A DNA stretch of 64,000 bases from Cycas panzhihuaensis (lineage: Eukaryota > Plantae > Cycadophyta), in the NCBI GenBank assembly GCA_023213395.1, contig CM041465.1, positions 192,579,741 to 192,643,740 of the forward strand, written 5' to 3'. Numbering within the stretch: the stretch's first letter is position 1; each line of letters opens with the position of its first letter. The translations under genes and the position numbers were made by a program. Shown here piece after piece: positions 39,350 to 53,800 of this stretch. The notes under the pieces are model-generated. The model had not been told where the DNA came from. It saw nothing but the letters and a program-made list of their open reading frames with translations, and searched no databases.

Positions 39350-41601
39350 TGGTGTGCTTTAGTTGGGCCTAAGCTATGTATCCCTTAATGACATAATGTT
39401 TCCTTTTTTTTGGGCTAAATCAAGAGATAAAGAAGCCTATGGAAACCTAAGGACCACCTTTACCAACTCCTAAGAAGGAGTCTCTACTTGTTTGTGTCAT
39501 TTGGTTTGGATATATGAGTGATAATGAGAGGTTAGGATATAAGGAGAAGTATTAGGATCCACTAGCCTACACGAGTAAGTAGAGGAGTTCTAAGTCCAAA
39601 ATTACACTGGAAATATTTTTTGTATCCATCCTAGGGACTCTTTTTCTTATATTGTTTCAACTTTTTGGGTTTACTATAATAAAGAAAAGGGTTATGTAAT
39701 GGAAAGTTTAATGTTTTTTTTTTTTAAGAATATAAAAGAAGGAACAATGAAACAATAAGATCTAACTACCTTTTTCAAACTAATATAAGAAAGTAAAACA
39801 TACATATCATTTCCTTTTCTTTTCTTTTTTAAAATCAAAGAACACCAAAATGAAAGAAGATACTCTCTCCTAAAGATGCAATACATACTTCTTTTTAAAT
39901 ATAAAAGCTACTAGCATGAGATGCAAATACTATATTATGCAAATTTGTATGAAACTTAACAAAAGGTAAAATAACATGCAATGATTATGCAAAACTCTTC
40001 ATTTTATTCACATGTTATTTTAAACTTTAAGAATGATTTCAATGGAAATAAGATATTTCAAATATAATTTTAGTTACTAAAAACAACTTATAGTCTATAA
40101 AACTCATATGTAACTAGTTATATATTAACATCATTAAAAAGAAAAGGAGATTCTATCACTCATGGAGCTTCTAAGTACCATGGGATCCTTGAACCTCATA
40201 CAGAGTTTATTTGCTGCAAAGTTTTATTATTCATGCATACATCTTATTTTTTGAAAATGAGAGAAAATAAAGAAGACAAATTCAAGGAACACAACACCTA
40301 AATGTTTTAGAAATCTCTATTTCCATCATGAATTCTTACCTCAGAATAGTTATTCCCTTTAATATAATCAATATTTCTTAGTTTTTTCTTTAAAACAAGT
40401 ATAAAAAGGAGGAAAACTAGAAGAATAAGGTTAACTATAGCCGAAAAAATAGAAAAAGTGAGAGTAGGATCTCTTGGAAAACTTGGACAACTAAGGAGAA
40501 TGGGAAAGGGTAGTTATATTTTATGGTAAAGAGGTAGATCTCTCTTCATAATAGATAACTCCTTTAGTTTCCTATAAAGGGCTAACCTTTCAACTAAGAT
40601 TTCTCAAGGAAAAATAGAGATTAAGAAGTATCAGAAATCAAAAGAAAGAGAGAGGTATATTTGGTAAAAAAAAATCATCAAAGAAGCACTAAATCAAAGG
40701 GAAATAATAGTAGAAAAGACCTTACTAAGCATATGAAGTCTAAAGCATAGAGTTGTAGCAAACCAAGTATCTTAAAAAGTAGTAATAAAATGGATTTGAA
40801 TAGCACATAAGCAACAATCAGAGCTTTAGATCTTTTCTCTTGACTTCTCTTTTCTTTTCTCAAAGATGGGTATCAAAATCATAAAGAAATCTCTCAATTT
40901 CTAAAGAATTTACTCTCAAAACCATACTATCAAACTCAGTAGTCTCTAGGATTTTTGAGGGTTATGGGCATAAATAGAGTAGGTATACATCAAATCTGGG
41001 TGGCAGCATGTAAAACTAGTATGTTAATTAAAAAAATTACATGCATAACAGTAAAAAACATGATCAATTATGTTTTATTAATAATAAAAAATATAACTTT
41101 TTTAATAAAATGCGATCGATCTCATTTTTGGTAAAACCAAAAACACGATAAATTAGAAGATGAAATTGATGATTGAAAAAGTCAAAAATAAAATTATATT
41201 AAAAAAATTTAAGTAGAAATGACTTAATCAATGTAAAAGAATAGCCTAAAAGGGGCGAAAACTTAAGTACATACCCAAAAATCATAAAAAGGTGATGATT
41301 TAAACATAAAATCAAGAGAAAAGAATAAAATAAGAGAATGTTTTAAAGAAAAAGGTGAGTGAAAAATTATCATAAATGTGAGATCTTATTACTATAGTTT
41401 TTACTCATCGCCGTATAAAAACATAATAATATAATCATCATCATCTAATATAAACCATCTACTAAAATCAATACTAGATTTCATCAAAACATGACCTAAT
41501 ACAACATAGAGCAAGCTTCAAATAATCAAGTCAAAGGTAATCAAGTAGGAAACTTGTTAATGACTAGAAAGATCAATTCAGAGCTAAGTTTTGATGAAAC
41601 A
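39350..41601 (-). repeat. 5' LTR of the Tat element (2252 bp)
   Basis: Homologous to 19312-20587; ends TGAAACA; the adjacent minus strand reads CA-tctttct-cataaccatactaggga (degenerate PBS). Confidence 0.88.
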
Positions 41602-41905
41602 CATAGTAGTGTAACAATTTAATTTTTTTCTTTTAAAGGTCTCTAACATCTTTGTCTATACGATTTAATGACTCAAACTTATGAATTAGTGCTATTTGAT
41701 TTGGGGTGCGAGATAGCGTCAACAAACCAATTGCCACAAACTTCTTCTCTTCTAATCAAGTTCTTCCCTTCTCAACTAGAAGAATAATAATAATTAGATC
41801 TTTGGTGATCATCCATAATTGATTCACCATCAAATATAACACCACACTAGTCTTCTATTCATTGAAGTTATTACCATTAAAAATCATAGTAGGTAACTTC
41901 TCCAT
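41602..41905 (-). mobile_element. Copia gag N-terminus; right half of the element split by the Tat insertion
   Basis: MEKLPTMIFNGNNFNE*KTSVVLYLMVNQLW.. continues into the gag segment ending at 19311. Confidence 0.8.
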
Positions 41906-41959
41906 GGCAAAATTTAAAGATAATGTAAGTGCAACTTCTTAAAATGAACACCTCCATAA

Positions 41960-43460
41960 ACCAAATCACTTAAAAAAAATAACTTAATACCTATGAACAT
42001 GGCCCACATGCTTTTAAAATCTGTCTCCCACAACTTGTTCTACATCTATGACATCTTTTCTTGATACCAATATGCCTAATGTGGCTTGGAATAGCCTAAA
42101 CAAGTAATTGTTAGCTCAAAATTAGCTCAAAACTAATAAAATAACATTAATAGCTTCCTTCATTGAAAATAATCTTTTACACAATACCCAATGGGTATAT
42201 ATCATTGTTCTAACAATAAATAAGATCCTAATAATAATATTATGGGCTATGCATCCTCTAATATCCCAAAATAATCTCTAAAATGACAAAATTGCTTATT
42301 TTAGCTTTAAATAGTTAATAATGTTTCTATTTTCTACTTCAATAATTGACACATTTGATTACAAAGCAATATCTATCACTAATCAACAATTACACAACTA
42401 TGCACACCTAACACAATCCAAAGGCTAAAAAATGGTGAAATATCATTAAAGAATCACTCATTCTCTCTTTATGTAGTGGCAAAATCACTTAAAAATAGTT
42501 ATACTAGTTGGATAAATGTCTTACATCCTATGAAAAATATATTTATTGGATAAGTATTTATGTTGTAAAGAGTGTTATAACTCTCTAAATCATTATTTTC
42601 CTTCATATGACATCTATAACCAAATAGTAATATGATTTGATTTTTTAAAAGTTAATGTTTTAACTTTAGGATGCCTAAAATAAATAAAAAATGAAATAAA
42701 TTTAACTTATAAATAACTGCATTCCTCCAAAATAGTTTTGACCCTTCACACATGGCTATGTGATCCTAATACACAAAATAAAGGCCCTAATTCATCAAAT
42801 AACTCAGTAAATGACTTAACTTTAAGCCCAAACATTTCTCTTAAGCTCCAAGCTTGGTTTCTGTAAAGCCAAATGAAGAAAAATGGTAGAAAATAAAGAG
42901 ATCTGTTTCACTCAAATAATACATGGTCCTTCATGAGATGCCCAACTTGATGTCTAACCTTTAAAATGAGTCCAACTTCATTTAGAATACTCTATAGGTT
43001 AGGTACAAATACCAAGTAGGTTTTGGTTCTAATAAATGAGCTCCCATAGGTTTCTAATGAGTGAAAATATTCTCTAAATGATGAAAAAATCTATAATCTT
43101 TATTCTCTTACTAATAAATTAATACAAAACTCTCATTGAGGTTTTCAATCAACCAAACATTATCATACACAACTTGAATATGGACTCTTGCTCATATATG
43201 AAGCTTTAACAATTAAGAAAACATAAAAAAGAGATGAAAAATAGACTCCACATGGTTTATTTTCTCTATATAATTAATTATTTTCACCTTTTTTTTGTTC
43301 TCCAACCTATCAAAAAAGATCATGGTCGATTTATTAAACTAGAGTCATGTTACCAACCCTATTAATGACCTAATCTAGTTCTCAATAAATCCATAATGCT
43401 ATGTATGATCTTGGCTAGTTTTGATACAATATTAGAATTTGTGTATGCTTAGGCTTTCCC
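41960..43460 (+). mobile_element. Highly eroded Ty1/copia pol remnant
   Basis: Faint integrase motifs (GP.., KNIFIG ~42535) and SNNTWS (~42912-42929). Confidence 0.5.
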
Positions 43461-43899
43461 TAATTCCATATGAATTGCTACTACATCTTTGTATCTTTTG
43501 CATAGCATACATCACATTATGTAATAGAAGAATAAAGACATAAAAGATACAAGTTTATGTGGAAAACCCATTTGGGAAAAAATACACTCCCAAAAAATTG
43601 ATGATTGCTTAGAAATACCAATAATTACATTACAGATCACTAGGTGATTGAAACTTAAATGATTGGATTATTTTTTTAATTTTATCAAGGATCCATTTTA
43701 TATAACCCTAAAAGGTATGTCTAACCAAGAGTTATGACTCTTTGAATAGGTTTGAGACTCTTCCAAAATGGTGCATCTTCTAAATGACACCTCTTTCTTC
43801 CTTGATTCTACTCATAACTATATGAAACATTAACTCTTGTTACATGTTAATCTTTAACTGTGTTTACTAATGGGTGTTACATCTATGACAAGAATTCAT

Positions 43900-46800
43900 A
43901 TTCCATGAAGGAATATGACCTAAATAAGAGAAATAATTTGGTAAAAAAATAAAGTACATAGTGTCACACTTGTGATATAGATAACCATAATATAAATAAA
44001 TACTACTTTAGTAGATGGGGAAGAACCTAATATTACAGAGGTTAAGAAAGATGAAACAACTTGATTAGAACAATTTATACTACTTAAACAACACTAGAAA
44101 TCTTTGAAAGGAAGCCACAATTAAGATGTTGTTTGGTGTACTTTGAGTTTGGGCATTAGAAATCATATTGCCTAGTAGCAAAGGCCCATGTAGAGTGTCT
44201 ATTTATATTTAAGAATTATGGGCTACATACCCACCTTATGGAGGAGTATAAAGGCAAGGGAAAGATGATAAACTTAGTGAATGTTATTCCTAATTTACTA
44301 AAAAATATTAATATATAAACTAGAAGTGGAAAAGGGAAAACAAAAATAGAAGAGGAGTACCCTAATTGTAAGGTAGAGATTAATAGATTTGCAATGGTAA
44401 AAAAATCATTAAAAGATGTTGGCAGAGAGGAAGTAGTAAAAACCCTACCAAAGGATAAATTCAAGATTAATCAAGTCTATATAAGGAAATATAAGACAAA
44501 GGGGCTAGGTTAAACTTTTAGAGTAAAAGAATTAATGAGAGATGTTGGGGACAGAGTAGAATAGTGAATCTTGTTCAATCCATATTGATAAAATTAACAA
44601 ATTTCAAAATGTAGGTGGTGTTGATTAACACTAGGGTATTACACCCATATAATTTATAGTTAAGGAGGTGGGCAAGAGCTCACCTTAACTGATACAATTT
44701 AAAGTATAAAATAATAATAAACCAAAACAATGAAATAAAACTTACCTTGTTGTATGTCAGCTATAGGGTAGCCCACATACTCGCAATGTGATAATAAATA
44801 TTATACCCAACATTCTCCTCCATAATGTTCATTATGTATTATTCTAAGCTTCTCCTTAAATTTACAGAACTTGAACCTTAGAAGGACTTTACGAAGGAGA
44901 TATGTTGCTTGTTTGTTTACTCTGTTGTAGACTAATTCCGTATCACCATCCCTTATTAATGCCTTTATAACCTTAGTCTCTTCAAGAATGTAAGGCTGAT
45001 GTCATTTTCAAACTTGGTTTAAATAAGTAGGTCATGCTTCATTAGGATCTTTATCTTCTTTAACTTTTACCTTGGAGTGATCATCAACTTTGTTAGAGTC
45101 ATCAATGATACATACAATATTATCAAATACAACATTATAAACATGCTCTAACATCTATCAAACAAATAACTCATTATCAATATATTTAGTTTCTTCTAAT
45201 TTTGTAGAGGCTCCCCTATAAACTAATTCCAAAATGTCCCATGTATTCTTTGATATAGTTATCTCACTTATGCCAGAGAATGTGTGGTAATCCAGTGTGC
45301 AAAATGTTAAAGCTAAGGATTCATTGTCTTTTTTCACATTTTCTTTAAAGTTTTGTACATCTTCTAATGTAGCATTGACACCTACACCATTGTAACCATC
45401 ATTCATAAATTTCTAAAGATTATTAGTAATAAAATATGATTTCATCAAATTTCTCCAAAGTTGAAAATTGGTTCCATTAAATATAGGTATACTTATATTA
45501 CCAAGATTTATTGCCATTATAAACACTTTAATACATAATCCCAAAAAAAATATCTAGTCTTATTAATCAAGTAAGAATCCTTTTAACATCAACTAAAAAA
45601 TAACTTGATAATAAAATTAAATATATATCTCTTTAAATGAAAACAATGTAAAATGAATGCACTTTTTTGAATGAAATATATATAAAACAAGTAAGCTTTT
45701 AAAAGTGATTCAAATAAGATCTAAAACAGTATGCAATGAAAAATTAATAAGATAGCCTTTGAATGAGCTTATAAACATGCAACAGGATGCACTCTAAATG
45801 AACTTTTAGATGCAATAATGGAACCTCAGTTGATCTTTTAAAATAAACTTTAATAATAGACAAAATGATCAATAAATGATAAGCAAAGTGAGCCTTTCAT
45901 GAGCTTTAACACAAAGATGAATAAGCTAAAGATGAATTTAAAAGTAAATGAGTAATAAATACACTTTGTATGAGCCTTTAAGATGCAAGAAAATAGCCTT
46001 GAATGCACATTAAAATATGATTTGAAAAGAAGCTAGTTGACCCTTAAAAAAGAAAAATAGGCTTGATATAATCTTTAATATAAAGTGAATAAACTATAAA
46101 ATGAAATAACATCTTTAAAATAAAGTTATTGAGGGTTTAGAAAGCACTAATTTATGAGATTGTTGTCCAAAGATCTTCTTATCCTTTAAGAGGCCAAATT
46201 TAACTAAAAATTATAAGAAATCAGATGTGAGCCTCTAAAAATCAAGTAAAATCAGTCAACAATGGATTAGTATCTCAATAACATATAAGTATGCTTGAAT
46301 GAAATAATAAAATAGCTAAAAAATGCTAAAAATTACTCAAACTATGGTAAAAAGTAAAGGGATGACTTTAATAGCCTTAAACTCCTACAAGCTAGCTTCA
46401 AAATATAATAAAAGCAACTTTAGTATATAAATTATCAAATTATCTTTCTAACAAATCTAGTCATTTGAAAAATAGACTCCTAGATAAAAAATTATAAGCA
46501 AATGGTGAGAAGACCTCCTTATGGAAAAAAAATGAATAAGTGGGAGGGGGGGGTTATGCTCCTTTGAGCTAAGGCCCCTGGTCACCTAAGGGCTCAAATG
46601 ACCAACTGGTGGCCTACAAAGGGGGCTAACAGACTTTAAAGAATATTAAAAAGAGCTAAATCTTTTAAAAACCAAATTAATTAGAAATAGTTTATAAAAA
46701 TTTAAATTTGAACCTTAGAACACGATCTTATAAGAGCTAATGAGACCACAACTAAGGGATAAAGGGCTGTAACTTAAAAAAATATAAAAAATAATTAAAT

Positions 46801-48600
46801 TTAATTTAGCTTTATCAAACTTTATAAAATAAAATAAATTAAAAATTAATAAAATCATGTTTGACTTACAGATTTTCTCACATACAGAGGAAACTTCATG
46901 TAGCTCGTTCTATTCACAAAGACCACGAATCACCACAAAATTTTAGGGGAAGCTGGATCTGATACGTAGCTTAGCATCTATAATTTTTTATTAAAAATAA
47001 AGGCCCACAGTCTAAGAATGAAGTAGTCAAAGCCAAGTAGGCTGATGAGAGTAGACAGAGGTCGAACAATTGATTTAATCAATCAAATGGAGCACTGAAG
47101 AATCCTAAAAATCATACTATCTTGGGTGCAAGGGTTGGACATCTTGATTTATAAAAAAAATTAAGAGCAAAATAATGAAAATTAAATTAAATAAGAGAAA
47201 ATATGGATAGGTGATAGGTTTTTCATAAATGCACATAGTAACTTGACTTCTAGGAGAGATTTCTCTTCAACCGATTGACATAATTACTTGCCCTCTTCTC
47301 TACTGCAGAGTAGACTCAAAGAGGAATGTGATGAGTAGTCATATATAGTAGTTTCAATCATCTATTAATTCACAGTAATCTATTGAAGTCCAAGTAAGCT
47401 AACTCAACTAAAACTTAAGAAAAACTTTAAGAAAAATAAAAAAATTCTTCTAAAAATTTAACAAACTTGCTCTAAATCATACTCAGACTAAATATGATTG
47501 AGATCTCTACAAAAAAAAAAAAAGTAGCTTATGGATTGTGGGACTAGCCAACAACTCATATGATAAACAAAAGTGTGCCTGTTTAGAAAAAATTGTAGGT
47601 CAATATAGCTTAATAAAATTAAGTAAAAAAACTATATAAATAACATTACTTTATTAAACAATGTTGATACTTATTCATGTAGATGAAAATTTTTAGGAGA
47701 AAATGTTCCATAAATGGCTCTAATACCAAATGAGAGATGTAGGGGATAGAGTAGAGTAGTGAATCTTATTCAATCCATATTGAGAAAATTAATAAATTTT
47801 AAAATGTAGGTGGTGTTGATTAACACTAGGGTATTACGCTCATATAATTTATAGGTTAAGAGGTGGGTGGGAGCCTGCCTCAATCAACATAATTTAAAAT
47901 ATAAAATAATAATAAACCAAAATAATAAAATAAAACTTACCTTACCACATGTCAGCTATAGGGTAACCTACAAACTCCCAATGTGATAATGAACATTATA
48001 CTTGGCAATTAGGGATTTTCCAAAAAAGAGGAAAATGATTATAAAATCAACCTCTTCCTATACTCAAGATAGAAGATTTATTTGAAGGATAACCATTGGA
48101 AGATATACCTAAAATATTAGTTGTAATGAAAAATTTAGAAAAGTAATTATAATTAATAATCCCCTTAGAAAAAGTGATCTAATAGATTAAAATTAGGGTA
48201 TTGTAGCTAAGGGAGACGACAAAAAATCTTAATAAAATTATGCTATCATATGACATAGACCCCTTAGTTGGGAGAAATATTTTAAAATGTAATTACAAAT
48301 GTTGGAGCAACAATGAACATCTTTACCCATTAGGGAGTTCCAACTTAACACCCACCAACTATTCCCTCAAATTAGGAAATGAGTTATTAGTGAAACTAGT
48401 GGGATGGCTTCTAGATATAAACGTGAATGTGGCTTGGATTATATTACTAGTTGATTTTATAATCATGGAAGCAGTAAAAATCATTATGACTTACTCAATG
48501 CTTTTATGAAGATCATCAATTTATCAAATTGGATGTTTATAAAGTTGGGGGGATGCTATATTCACCTTATCAAATAGGGATAATGAGGTCATATTACCCA
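43900..48600 (+). mobile_element. Eroded gypsy-like gag/protease remnant, interrupted by the 44536-48007 insertion
   Basis: Two zinc-knuckle-like motifs (CHTCDIDNH ~43960; FGH*KSYC ~44150) and protease-like VGATMNI / VDFIIM..YSMLL*R (48300-48515). Confidence 0.6.
44536..48007 (-). mobile_element. Non-autonomous copia derivative (gag-only, TR-GAG/LARD-like)
   Basis: 277-bp LTRs 44536-44812 and 47731-48007; TSD ATTAA/ATTAG; PBS tggtattagagcc (47716-47728); PPT complement ttctcctcc. Interior: ~2.2 kb non-coding leader, gag N-terminus (45158-45517, IPIFNGTNFQLW) and an RNase H C-terminal scrap (~44850-44970). Confidence 0.87.
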
Positions 48601-49849
48601 TATTGAATAAAGGGAAATATATAATAAAGGTTATGCCTAATGACACCTCCAACACCATCATCATAAATGAAGAAACTTCTTTGACATTTGATGAAGTCAA
48701 TCTCTATCACACTATCGAGGAAGCTACTACCGCCATAAATAATGTTAATAACAATGAGCCAAACTACTATGAGGAACTTTAGCTAGAGAATTCCTTTGAT
48801 GAGGAAGGTATAAAAAAATTGATTACTTATTGGGTAAGGAAATCTTATGAGGTGGATCATCTGTCCTTTCATTATAAGTTACTTTCTATATATACTACAC
48901 CTGACATAAATAATAATAATAATAACTTTGATTATATTGATTCTAGTTATAGGGATAATATGGGTGAATTAGAAAATAACATAGTTAATGAAGGTATGAA
49001 TGAGAATCTAGTGAATGTTTATTTTATAGAAAACCCTAGAAATAAAGTGCAAGTGGAAATGGAAGTAAGTCCCCTATCTTCTATTTCTAAACTTAATCCT
49101 ACTCTTACCCTTAGCCCTAACCTTTTCCTTAGTCCTAACCCAAATTAGTTTGGTTTGAAAGATTTGGCCAATCTTCCCTTAGATCCTAGCCTCCTTTCTA
49201 CTTTGGAGATGAAACCTATAATGAGATTTCCGCTTACCCCCCTACTCTACCCTAAGGAAATTAGCTTTAGTTCCTCGTCTTCTTTCTCAATGTTACATAA
49301 CCACTTGTGACTTATGAAACTTACTCATATATGTTTAGGACTAAGGCTTCTTATGGTTAGTGGTAGTCATTAACTTATCTATGTAAGATCATTTATACTA
49401 CTAATAGAATTAAAGATCATTTATCCTACCAATGATATTGGTTAGAAGAATGCCTCTTTTATCCATTTAAGGCCTGATATTTATAAAGGAAGGGTGTTGT
49501 ATATTTTTGTATCTTGTTTGAGATTGTATTTTATACTTTGGTGCTCTTAAAATTTCTTTGGTGTTCTTATAAGTGCTTATTTTATGTACTTTACATATTT
49601 CATTAATAAAGTGGTTTATTTTTACCTTCCTATTATGTCCTTCGCTTCTCTTATATTACAAGATTAAGGAAGATTGATGAAAAGGAACTTATCGAGTGGC
49701 ATTAGAGTAAGGTGCCAAATCTAACTGAAGCGACAACAAATCAAAGGAAGTGAAAGAAAAAGAGAAAAAAATTTAGTCTCCCTTAGTGAATCTCTTAAAA
49801 CCCTTCTTTTATAATTAATTCTATTTATTTTATTATGTTTATTCCTTAA

Positions 49850-50350
49850 GTGGTCAACTCTAAATAATTAGGTAAAGACCCTATGCTGTAATCTTTAAAA
49901 ATTATAAGGATCTGTCATTCTGTGCTAAGCGTAGGTGGGTATATGCCCATATATAAAGCAAAGTTGATCACACTACTTATACAAGCCTTAGATAGAACTA
50001 ACTATAAAATTAAGTTTCCATGTACTTTTGGGTATATCAAAAGACCCTTAAAGGTACCCTTGTCTTACCTATAATAGAAAAAACTATTAGCTACTTATCC
50101 TCTATAATGTATTGGTTAGTAGTTAGCACCAAAAATTTACTTATCATGAACACCCCAAAATGGCTATCATAGCTATAGGTATGGATTTCTTCTATAATTA
50201 GTACCCTAAGAGATTGGGTTAAGCAATTGTAATGAATATGGAGTTCATTAGGGGGGCCTATAGAACTAGATACACCTTGTTTCATAAGTCTTAGGTACTT
50301 TTATATCCCCACAGTCAAAACTCTACCCAAAGAATATGCTTACATAAATA
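49850..50350 (-). mobile_element. Inverted gypsy integrase scrap
   Basis: ORF 50091-50285 LRVLIIEEIH..SHFG resembles the integrase zinc-binding region. Confidence 0.45.
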
Positions 50351-50639
50351 ATAAAAAGTAAATTCCCACAAAATAATCTAAGACTGCTATACTTCTATAA
50401 AATTAGTTAAGACTATTAGACATCCATAACATAATTTGAAAAGAAATAACACTGAAGCTGTAATATCAATAAAATGACAATACTAACCTATAGACATAAT
50501 AACATGACAACTTTGACTTGTAGTACAAACATAACAATAGAACATCTATAATTTTCTTATCTAAACCTCCAACTCCAATTTTGATCCCCACACTTAGTCT
50601 TAATCTAGAGTTTGTCCCCTCCCCCCCCTCTCTCTTTAC

Positions 50640-50686
<47 letters not shown>

Positions 50687-50862
50687 TGTGTGTGTGTGTG
50701 TGTGTGTATGTCTGTATATAGATAAATAGATAAATATGTATATATGTACATATATATACACATACACACACATGTATCTATATATACATATATGTCTATA
50801 TATATGTGTATATATGCATATACATACATATATATATAGATAGATAAATATATAGATATAAT
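50640..50862. repeat. Compound (AT)n/(ATGT)n/(GT)n microsatellite
   Basis: Directly visible. Confidence 0.95.
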
Positions 50863-53800
50863 ACCAGGCTAGAAATTTCACCTAGTTATATGTACATTTT
50901 ATTTTAATTATTGTATCATACTGATCATTTTAGGCTAGGTTAATCTCAACCTAAATTTTCAACAAAAAGAAAGTGAGCCCCACTAGCCCAAAATTTACAT
51001 ATAATATCACTTGTGTCACTTTGAGATTTTTACCTCATTCCATCCCATTCATGCATAATTATACCCCAAAGGTTAATGAGCTATAGGTGGCTCCAACTCT
51101 CTCATCCCTTTTTGTGTTAATCCCTAAATGTTAAATCCCCTTCTATCTACATATTTCCCCTTCTGATAATACCCTTAGTTTAGATTTATTTACCCTTTTA
51201 TAATTCCCCTTCATACTTCTTACAATAATGGATTGTTCTTCAATGGCTCCCATACCCAGGTTGATCACATCCAAGTATTGGAGGCATAGTTTAAGGGAGT
51301 CTGTTAAAACCTTAATGGAATAACTCAAATCCTTGTACATAGGAAACAAGAGAGTCGAGATAGGCCATTTGGCATATATAAGACCAAAGTGACTTATGAT
51401 AAGATGACCTTGGCTAGAAATTTAGGAAGATACTATGATCATTGGTAGCTAATTCTAATAATTTGTCTACATCCAACATAAAAGGCCCCTTACCACCACT
51501 TAATGGAACACTACCTGTTCCTTTATCAAGGCAACCATAATTCAATCATAAGATTATATACCAAAATTTGACCCTAATCTTAATAGGGATTCTTTATGAA
51601 GTTGAATCAATAAGTTAGAGTCCTACTTCTCCTTAAATCCTATGCCCTTAATAGACTAGAACATGTTTACCTCAATTCATATGGAATAGAAAGCTCACCA
51701 TTGGTTAAACATAGGTACAATTCTATTAGAGTTTTTTTAAATAATATGATGACACCTAGAATAACTCTTTCTTTAACCAACTCACTCAACTAAAGTAACT
51801 AACATTAAGAGAGGCTTACACTAATAAATTTTAGGCATTACACACCTGGTTCCTCATTCACTTGATTAGGATATACTCATTGATATTTATATATTGAGAC
51901 TTAAAGAGCACATCCATATGCACCTGAAGGCTACATCCTTATTTAACCTAATGGAGGCCATGTCTAAAGCCAAAGTAGTTGAGGTTGGGTTTGTAATAGA
52001 ATGAACAACATCATTTAGGTAAGATGTCACATGATATCAATGACCCTAATTTTTTAACCAGTAGCACCAATGGCTGAAACTAAGGAAATACCATGATTAA
52101 CTACAAAACTAGTAGTAGACCAAGTCTATATTTTTATAGTAGAAGCAAATTGATATATAAAGGTTGTCTTATATATTAACTATTCAGAGAAATGGGTACT
52201 TAAACATATGAATGTATACAAGGCAAAGTAGATGATCTTCATAATTGTTCCTACTCTAGATGAGGACTTTGACTATAAGATAGAACTTGATAAGAAGCCC
52301 CCTAAGAACTCCTTCGTGATCCCCAACCAAAACTTTCCTTGGCTATTGTTTCAACCACATCTTACTCAAAACACCTTCGAGTAAAATGGTAAATCAAGAA
52401 GACCCCCATCATAATCTTTATCAATAATGGCATGTCATTAAACTTCATAAACATTTCCTTAGTAAGACAGTTAAACCTTTACATCATTTCTAAAATTAGG
52501 TTTACCTATTCCTTACCAAGTCACCAAACCCTATATTATGTTGTAACTGTAAAATATATGATGGTATATATTAGTTTTTATCACCTAGTTGATGACTTTT
52601 ATGCCCTATTTATAAGACTATTACATGCAATCCTTAGGCTATAATGGCTCTAAACACTCAGTACATATAATACCAATAACTTTCTTAGTAATCCTTTAAT
52701 TTTATTTAAGGACTATATGGGCCAAGCTCATAAATTATACAACATCCAATCTACCCCACTAGCAAAGTTATCTCTCAAAATTAAATGAAGGAGCACTTGG
52801 CTAGTAGTCTTAGATACATCATTCTCATTAATAACATGTAATCTTAATAAGCCATTTACTTGGATATTCATGCACTCCTATCAAAGTATCAGTAAGCATT
52901 TGCCCTATAACCTAATAGACCCTTACCAAATTATGGTTTTCATCACTAAATCAAACTTAAGAATCCCCATGACCCCATTAGCTTAAGACCCTATTGTAAT
53001 TCATATTTATAGAAATAAAATTTAAAAAATTACAAAAACTAATGGATATAGGTATTATCCAACCTAATTAAAGTCCCTATGTGGTACCTATTATCCTGGT
53101 ATTAAAAAAAATGGCTTATTTTGACTCTATATAGATTATTAAGAATTGAATAAAATCACAATAAAAAATAAGTTTCAAATCCCTAGAATTAATGACATGC
53201 TTGATGAGATTCATGATGAAACCATCTTTTCTAAACTTAATCTTTAATCTAGCTATTACCAAATTCTAATCACCCTTGAAGATCATCATAAAATTGCCTT
53301 CTAAATGTACCATAGGTACTTTGAGTTTTAAGTGATGCCATTTGGATTATATAATGCCCTAGCTACATTCTGAGACTTAATGAATAAAATTTTTGGGCCT
53401 TATTTATTTAAGTTCATCATTTTTTTCTTTGATAACATCCTTATTTATAGTCCTTATATGAGTCACCAACTTTAACGTCTAAAAATAATCCTCCAAATCC
53501 TTAACCAGCATTAGCTATATACAAAACTATCTAAGTGTAAATTTGGTAGATCTGAGTTGTAGTACTTAGGCTATATCATTTCTATAGAATATGGTAGAGT
53601 TGAATTAGACAAAATCTTAATTATCATCACTTAGCCTCTCCTTAAGAACCTTACATAGTTGTGAGCCTTCCTGGGCCTCACAGGGTTTTATTATAATTTC
53701 CTTTAAAACTACACTTACTTGGCTACCCCACTTATCAACTTACTTTGAAAAGAATCATTCCAATGGTCCCTTATTATAATAGATGCTTTCAATCATCTTA

